A stretch of 64,000 nt of DNA from Nitrospinaceae bacterium (GTDB taxonomy: Bacteria > Nitrospinota > Nitrospinia > Nitrospinales > VA-1): positions 46,700 through 110,699 of the forward strand of contig JBHHVU010000003.1 in NCBI GenBank assembly GCA_046754465.1, given 5' to 3'. The notes under the pieces are model-generated. The model was not told the origin of the DNA. It saw only the letters and a list, made by a program, of their open reading frames with translations, and made no database searches. Position numbers and translations under genes: made by a program. Each line of letters starts with the position of its first letter. The first letter of the stretch is position 1. Shown here piece by piece: positions 58,545 through 64,000 of the stretch.

Positions 58545-58910
58545 TTAATTGAGGGTCTCCTCCACCTTGTTCAACAAATCGGTGGGGCTGAAGGGTTTGA
58601 CGAAATAATCATTGGCGCCCACGGATTTTCCCCTTATCCTGTCAGCTTCCTGGCCCTTGGCGCTCAAGAGAATGATGTGGCATTCGCGGGTCCGCGGGTC
58701 GGCCTTTATAAGACGGGTGGCCTCCAAGCCGTCGATTTCCCCGGGCATCATGATATCCATGATAATCAGGTCGGGCTTTTCCATTTTGGCCGTATCCACC
58801 GCCTGCCTTCCCGTCCCTGATTTCAAAATCCGAAACTCATCCGCACCCAGGGTTTCCGCGATCAGTTCGCGAATATCCGTTTGATCATCCACGATAAGGA
58901 TTTTTTTCAT
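58545..58910 (-). CDS. Single-domain response regulator
   Basis: IVDD, IMDIMMPG, LSA and KPF motifs; no output domain. Confidence 0.92.
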   Translation of the reverse strand: MKKILIVDDQTDIRELIAETLGADEFRILKSGTGRQAVDTAKMEKPDLIIMDIMMPGEIDGLEATRLIKADPRTRECHIILLSAKGQEADRIRGKSVGANDYFVKPFSPTDLLNKVEETLN

Positions 58911-58979
58911 TCCGGGACCCTCCGTAACGTTTGAAAACCCACCCCCCTTGACATCTATTATACAATAATAATCAATAAG

Positions 58980-61856
58980 TTAAAGACCGTAACTTGCATC
59001 CTCGTCCTTTTTCACGGCGGGTTGGGATTCCCGGGTCCTGGGAATGGTGAACCGGATCGTGGTTCCTTTTCCCTTTTGGCTTTCCAGCCAAACCTTTCCC
59101 CCATGCGCATGAACCAGTTTCTGGACGATGGTCATTCCCAGTCCGGTTCCCCCAATGGCGGTATTGGAGGCGTCCGCCCGGTAAAATTTATCGAACACCC
59201 GCGCCACCTGATCCTGGGTCATCCCGATCCCCTCGTCCATGATGGAAACCAGGAAATCCATTTCTCCTTTGATTTCCGCCTCGACCCGGATGGTTCCCCC
59301 GCCGGGAGAATATTTCACTGCGTTGCTCAGAAGGTTTTTCAGAATCTGGCCAATCTTTCCAGAGTCCACCCTCCACTTCGGAAGAGTTTCTGGCACCTCC
59401 AACTCAAATCGATGAGTGGAATAGACTTCCCGGAAAAAGTCGATTTCGGATTCCAAGGTTTTCCGGACATCGGCAAATAATAGGGTCAAGGTACTTCCCA
59501 TTGCTGATTCCAGTTGGGAAATATCCAGAAGGTCGTCAATGATGTGGGTCAGATTTTCGGCTTCCCGATTGATCAGGGTGGCGAACCGGACCATTTTTTT
59601 ACTATCTGCGTAATCCCTCTTGATCAAGAGTTCAGAATAGCCCCGGATCGAGGTCATGGGGGTTTTCAGTTCATGGGCGGCGGTAGATACAAATTCATCC
59701 TTCATCCGGTCCAGTTTCCGCTCTTCCGTCACATCGTTCAGGGTGATGATCCGTTCACCAAGGGTTGCGGATTTGCTTTCAAGTATCGAGGTTCTTGCCC
59801 ATATGATTTTTTGCGGCGGGGAATTTCCTCCAGGCAATTCGATTTCAACCGGGTGGGTCCGATCCTCGCAAAACAGGAGGGATTTCAACGGTTCGCGGAG
59901 GGTGGGGTCTTGACCGATCGAATCCAGGGGCCGTCCGAGGGACTGGTTCATGGGGACACCCAGCATTTTTTCCGCTGCCCGGTTCATTAAAACCACCCTG
60001 TTATCCCCATCGGTAACGATCAAGCCGTCGCTGATGGACATGACAATCCGGTCGATCCAGTCCCGGGCCTTTTCCGCCTCATTGAGAGCTTGGTGCAGGT
60101 CCTGGGTGCGCCGCTCCACCATTTGTTCAAGATCATCCGTGTAATTCTGTAATCTCATTCGGGTCTGATGGCGTTCGGTGATGTCGCGCAAAATGCCGAC
60201 AAATTTTCTCTTTTTTCCCAAAAACATTTCGCTGACCGCCAGGTCCATGGGGAAAGTGGTCCCGTCCCGGCGCAGGCCCACCACCTCGCGTCCAATTCCG
60301 ATAATGTTGGCCTTGCCAGTGCGCAGGTAATTCCGCAAATGCTCGTCATGCTCGCTCCGGTAGGGTTCCGGCATCAGCAGGTTGACGTTTTTCCCAATCA
60401 CCTCCCTGGCCCGGTACCCAAAGACCTTTTCCGCTGCCGGGTTGAAGTTTTCAATCCGGCCCCATTCATCGATCATGACAATTGGGTCCACCGCGTTTTC
60501 CAGGACGGTGCGGTAGCGCAATTCACTTTCCCTTTGCGCCATCACTGCCGCACGATGATTGATGACCTGGTGGTGCAGTTTTTCGTTGGCCTGGGCAAGG
60601 TGCACAGTGCGCTCCCTGACTTGGGTTTCGAGGCTATCCCTGGCTTCCTCGAGGGCTTTCAAGGTTTCACATCGCATTCGTTCGCTGCGAATCTGGCGGG
60701 AACGCAAAACCAGGGAAAATAACGTGGCCAAAACCAGAAAGCAGAAAACCAAAAGATAATTCTTTAGAAGGGTGATCAAGGGGGCATAGGCCTCGGTAAC
60801 ATCCATTTCCGTGGCGACCCCGAATCCATATTGCTTCAGCCAGGTCCAGGCGCCCACCACCCTCACCCCACGGTAATCGCGATAGCCCTCCACATCGATT
60901 CCCGATTCCCCCTTGACCGCGCTGGCGGCCATCCGGGTCAGGGGCCACTCTCCCCCCGGCATAAAGCCCCCGCGATTCAATGGCTCTGTCCTGGCAACGG
61001 GTTCCCGAATTTGCAGATGCAGCATGGCCCGCGTATCTTTCTGATTGGGGAGAAGCTTCAGGGCCTTGAGCTGGTCATTGAAACGGCTGTCCGAGACCAT
61101 CAGGCCGGCACGGTTGAAGGCGTAAGTTTCACCGGTTTCCCCGGTTTGGCTGTATTTCATCAGGGCGGAAAAGTCTTCTATGGGGTCAAGGCGAAAAGCG
61201 AGAACCGCCTCCACCTCCCCCGCCTCATTCCGGACCGGAGTGGAAACGAACTGGGTAGGCTGGTTTTCCCGGGGCATTTCAGCCGGACCATAGAGAGGGA
61301 CATCGCTGATAAAGGGAACCGAAAAAACGGTTTCGCCCTTCAGGGACCGCTCTAGGAAATCTCCAGGCCGAATCAAGCGGCGTTTCCCGATATATTCATC
61401 CCGGTCCGAGGCGATCCGCAGTCCGGTGCGGTCAAAAACCACAAACCCCGTAAACGCGTGCATTTTAATCAGGGGACTCACCGCATTTCGAAGGCGAGCG
61501 AACCCGGGAATGGATTTCAAGGTGTCCACCGAAACTATTTGCTGGGGCCGGGTTTTCCGAACCAGGGAAAGAATATTGTTGCGAACCCTCGGTTCCACCG
61601 CCCAGGTTTTAATATCCGATTTCCTTTCCTCCGCCCAGCGAATCAAGACCCGGACATTGGTGTTGAGGGTGGAGTGGAGCTGTTGCGCGAGATTTTTTTT
61701 CATCTCCTTCTGGACCATGACATTTACCCAAGCGCCCAATGCCAGAAGGCACAGGAAACAGAAAATAGACAGGTAAAACATTTGCCGGCCCGGAAAAATA
61801 GGGGGCTTCTTCGGGATGGATTTTTCGGATTCAGTTTGAGTGATTGTTTTCGGCAT
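58980..61856 (-). CDS. Membrane sensor histidine kinase (TM-Cache-TM-FixL-type PAS-PAS-HisKA-HATPase)
   Basis: GETGETYAF and YRDYRGVRVVGAW (Cache); MPEPYRSEHD..IIGIGR (FixL-type PAS); AHELKTP, NAVKYS and GGTGLG. Confidence 0.92.
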   Translation of the reverse strand: MPKTITQTESEKSIPKKPPIFPGRQMFYLSIFCFLCLLALGAWVNVMVQKEMKKNLAQQLHSTLNTNVRVLIRWAEERKSDIKTWAVEPRVRNNILSLVRKTRPQQIVSVDTLKSIPGFARLRNAVSPLIKMHAFTGFVVFDRTGLRIASDRDEYIGKRRLIRPGDFLERSLKGETVFSVPFISDVPLYGPAEMPRENQPTQFVSTPVRNEAGEVEAVLAFRLDPIEDFSALMKYSQTGETGETYAFNRAGLMVSDSRFNDQLKALKLLPNQKDTRAMLHLQIREPVARTEPLNRGGFMPGGEWPLTRMAASAVKGESGIDVEGYRDYRGVRVVGAWTWLKQYGFGVATEMDVTEAYAPLITLLKNYLLVFCFLVLATLFSLVLRSRQIRSERMRCETLKALEEARDSLETQVRERTVHLAQANEKLHHQVINHRAAVMAQRESELRYRTVLENAVDPIVMIDEWGRIENFNPAAEKVFGYRAREVIGKNVNLLMPEPYRSEHDEHLRNYLRTGKANIIGIGREVVGLRRDGTTFPMDLAVSEMFLGKKRKFVGILRDITERHQTRMRLQNYTDDLEQMVERRTQDLHQALNEAEKARDWIDRIVMSISDGLIVTDGDNRVVLMNRAAEKMLGVPMNQSLGRPLDSIGQDPTLREPLKSLLFCEDRTHPVEIELPGGNSPPQKIIWARTSILESKSATLGERIITLNDVTEERKLDRMKDEFVSTAAHELKTPMTSIRGYSELLIKRDYADSKKMVRFATLINREAENLTHIIDDLLDISQLESAMGSTLTLLFADVRKTLESEIDFFREVYSTHRFELEVPETLPKWRVDSGKIGQILKNLLSNAVKYSPGGGTIRVEAEIKGEMDFLVSIMDEGIGMTQDQVARVFDKFYRADASNTAIGGTGLGMTIVQKLVHAHGGKVWLESQKGKGTTIRFTIPRTRESQPAVKKDEDASYGL

Positions 61857-61928
61857 TGGATTTCATACAGGAACGGCGGCGGGACACCGCCGGATGATGG
61901 AAGGAGCCGGGATCACCACGGCGGGGAC

Positions 61929-62324
61929 TTATTTCACGGCCACGCTGATATCCCGCACCCCCGAGCTTTGAAGGATACCCATAACCTTGATCACGTCTCC
62001 ATAGGGGAGATTTTTATCGGCCCGGATGATGGCGGTTCTTTTTTTATCCATCCCGGCCTTGACCAAGCCGGATTCCAGCCCATTCAAGGCGATCCTCCGC
62101 CCTTCCAGGAAGATTTGTTTGTCCGCGGTCATTTCGATTTCGAGCTTCTTCGAGTTTTCGTCCAGAAGGGAGGACTTTGAAGTGGGCAGATTGAGATCCA
62201 TCCGGTGCTTAAAATCCACGAACACCGTCGAGACCATGAAAAAAATGAGGAGGAGAAACACCACATCGATCATGGGTGTCATATCCATGCCAAAATTTTC
62301 TTCCTCTTCTTTTCGGAATCGCAT
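61929..62324 (-). CDS. exbD: ExbD/TolR biopolymer transport protein
   Basis: MTPMIDVVFLLLIFFMV and IRADK..PYG.VI.VM motifs. Confidence 0.92.
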   Translation of the reverse strand: MRFRKEEEENFGMDMTPMIDVVFLLLIFFMVSTVFVDFKHRMDLNLPTSKSSLLDENSKKLEIEMTADKQIFLEGRRIALNGLESGLVKAGMDKKRTAIIRADKNLPYGDVIKVMGILQSSGVRDISVAVK

Positions 62325-62409
62325 GGCGGTTCAAGGAAAAGGGTTCTGGAATTCCGCGCACGGCCCTTTGGGAAGCGAGGCCTCCCGGGCCGGGCGCCCC
62401 GTAAAGGAA

Positions 62410-63192
62410 TTATAAGGCGGCCCGGACCCCCGGCCTGGATTTTTTGGGGGAAGAATCGGGGTCCTGGGCTTTTTTCTCCCGCACCGCTTCATAGGAGAGT
62501 TCTTCCACGAGTTGAAAGGAGATTTCCTCCATTTCAAAAACATAGCGGTCGATTTTGCCGCGAAAATAATGATACAGGGCCAAGGCCGGGATACCAACGA
62601 CCATTCCGGCAGCGGTGGTGATCAAGGCTTCAGAAATGCCGCTGGCCACAAGCCCCGGATTTCCCGTCCCGCTTTGGGAAATGACATTGAAGGCCTTGAT
62701 CATTCCAAAGACCGTTCCCAATAGACCCATCATGGGGGTGATGTTGGCGACGGCCCCCAGGACGCGAAGGTTGGAATTCATCAGGGATGCCTCATGCTGG
62801 CCCGCGCCCTCAATGGCCCTTTCAATTTCGTCCAGCTTGCCGCCAAACCGGAGAAGCCCGTTCTTGAGAATCCGCGCCAGGGAATTATCGTGGGAATTGC
62901 ATAATTGCAAACCCAGTTGCACATCCTTCCAGTCCCAATGGTTCCGGACATTTTTCAAGAACTCCGTATTGATGATATTTTTCCGGCGCAGATTGTAAGC
63001 CCGTTCGATGCCGATGCCCACAATCAGGATGGAACAGAACAGGATCGGGTACATCATGATCCCACCCTTCTCGATCAATGAAAGGATTTTCCACTGGGTG
63101 GCCGGATGGGACTCCGCCGCCGCCACCGCCCGCGGCAGGAAAACCACCCCCCCCGCCACCAAGAGGACCATGATTTTAAAAAGCCGAATCAT
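62410..63192 (-). CDS. exbB: ExbB/TolQ/MotA proton channel protein
   Basis: GGIMMYPI, PMMGLLGTVFGMI and GISEALITTAAG motifs. Confidence 0.92.
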   Translation of the reverse strand: MIRLFKIMVLLVAGGVVFLPRAVAAAESHPATQWKILSLIEKGGIMMYPILFCSILIVGIGIERAYNLRRKNIINTEFLKNVRNHWDWKDVQLGLQLCNSHDNSLARILKNGLLRFGGKLDEIERAIEGAGQHEASLMNSNLRVLGAVANITPMMGLLGTVFGMIKAFNVISQSGTGNPGLVASGISEALITTAAGMVVGIPALALYHYFRGKIDRYVFEMEEISFQLVEELSYEAVREKKAQDPDSSPKKSRPGVRAAL

Positions 63193-63398
63193 ATTTTATA
63201 TCGGAGGAATTAACCGTCGGGAGCGCGTCCCGTCGTCCAGAACATGTGTGAGGTTTGATGGACCGGCACCTTGCATTTATATCATGAAAAAATCACCCAT
63301 GGCAAGTTGCAATAGCCGGGCACCCCCCATTTAAACCCTTTTATTATAAACTGAACTATTATATATTAATTGAAACTGTTTGACTCGATCGAAGGACC

Positions 63399-64000
63399 AT
63401 GCGGCCGACCCAAGGATCCATTATACTAAGTTTACCCACCTTTTTGATATTTTCGATTTTCTGGATTTTTTCGATTGGCGGGTGTGCTTCGACCCAGGAA
63501 AAGAAGACGCTTTCCCCCGCGGAGCTGCTGAAAAAAGGAAAAAATTTCGTTAAATTAAAAGAAACGCAAAAAGCCAAGGAAGTGTTTCAACAGGTTTTGG
63601 AGGATTTTCCGGACAGTAAGGAGCGGAAAGCCGCTCTGTTGTATCTGGCCGACGTTCATTACCGTGACGGGGAATACGAAGAAGCCAAATTTCATAACCA
63701 GAAATTCATTGAACTGTACCCGGCCAACCCCCGGGCCGACCGCGCCCATTACTATAAAGCCATGTCCGACTACCAAATGATGGAAATCGCTTCGCGCGAT
63801 CAAACCCATACCCATGCGGCCCTGGAAGGATTTGAAACCGTCGTCAAAAACTTTCCTAACAGCCCTTACCATCCCAAAGCGGTCCAGAAAAAGGAAGAAT
63901 GTCTCCGTATCCTGGCGAAGAGTTCCTTCGAGATTGGGAAATTTTATTACCGCATCAAGTCTTATCAATCGGCGATTGCAAGACTGAAAAACCTGATGAA
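63399..64000 (+). CDS. bamD: Outer membrane assembly lipoprotein BamD (truncated by the window end; absent from the ORF track)
   Basis: Translated by hand: lipobox IGGC, TPR helices, FIELYP, RDQT, FPNSPY and EIGKFYY. Confidence 0.85.
   Translation, partial: MRPTQGSIILSLPTFLIFSIFWIFSIGGCASTQEKKTLSPAELLKKGKNFVKLKETQKAKEVFQQVLEDFPDSKERKAALLYLADVHYRDGEYEEAKFHNQKFIELYPANPRADRAHYYKAMSDYQMMEIASRDQTHTHAALEGFETVVKNFPNSPYHPKAVQKKEECLRILAKSSFEIGKFYYRIKSYQSAIARLKNLM

Overview
A gene-dense, moderately GC-rich chromosomal window from a Gram-negative (BamD, ExbBD), probably flagellated (flgM, MCP) bacterium. Gene content is suggestive of Nitrospinota or a deltaproteobacteria-like lineage; this is an inference, not tested. 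Most genes are housekeeping or envelope genes: NCS2 permease, DHH-CBS tRNA nucleotidyltransferase, Mrp, rpmB, rel, recG, gltX, glnS, a YbhGFSR-like ABC exporter, peptidases and bamD. I recognised no rRNA, tRNA, CRISPR array or transposase. Four regions stand out. (1) A minus-strand signalling locus at 53.3-61.9 kb holds a FixL-type heme-PAS kinase, a stand-alone receiver, a sigma54 activator, a soluble chemoreceptor (two Aer2-type PAS domains plus a hemerythrin) and a sensor-less kinase. The activator and the small kinase share an unnamed ~40-aa N-terminal module, and the receptor has a readable sigma54/IHF/UAS promoter. (2) An AT-rich, frameshifted cargo gene is bracketed by two nested pairs of REP-like inverted repeats, next to a doc toxin-antitoxin pair between gltX and glnS. 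(3) Four membrane microproteins missed by the ORF track surround a DUF420 gene. (4) A translationally coupled operon encodes a secreted crystallin-like protein, a radical SAM protein with a non-canonical Cys motif, and an ABC-class ATPase. All assignments come from motif reading by eye; no database search was run.
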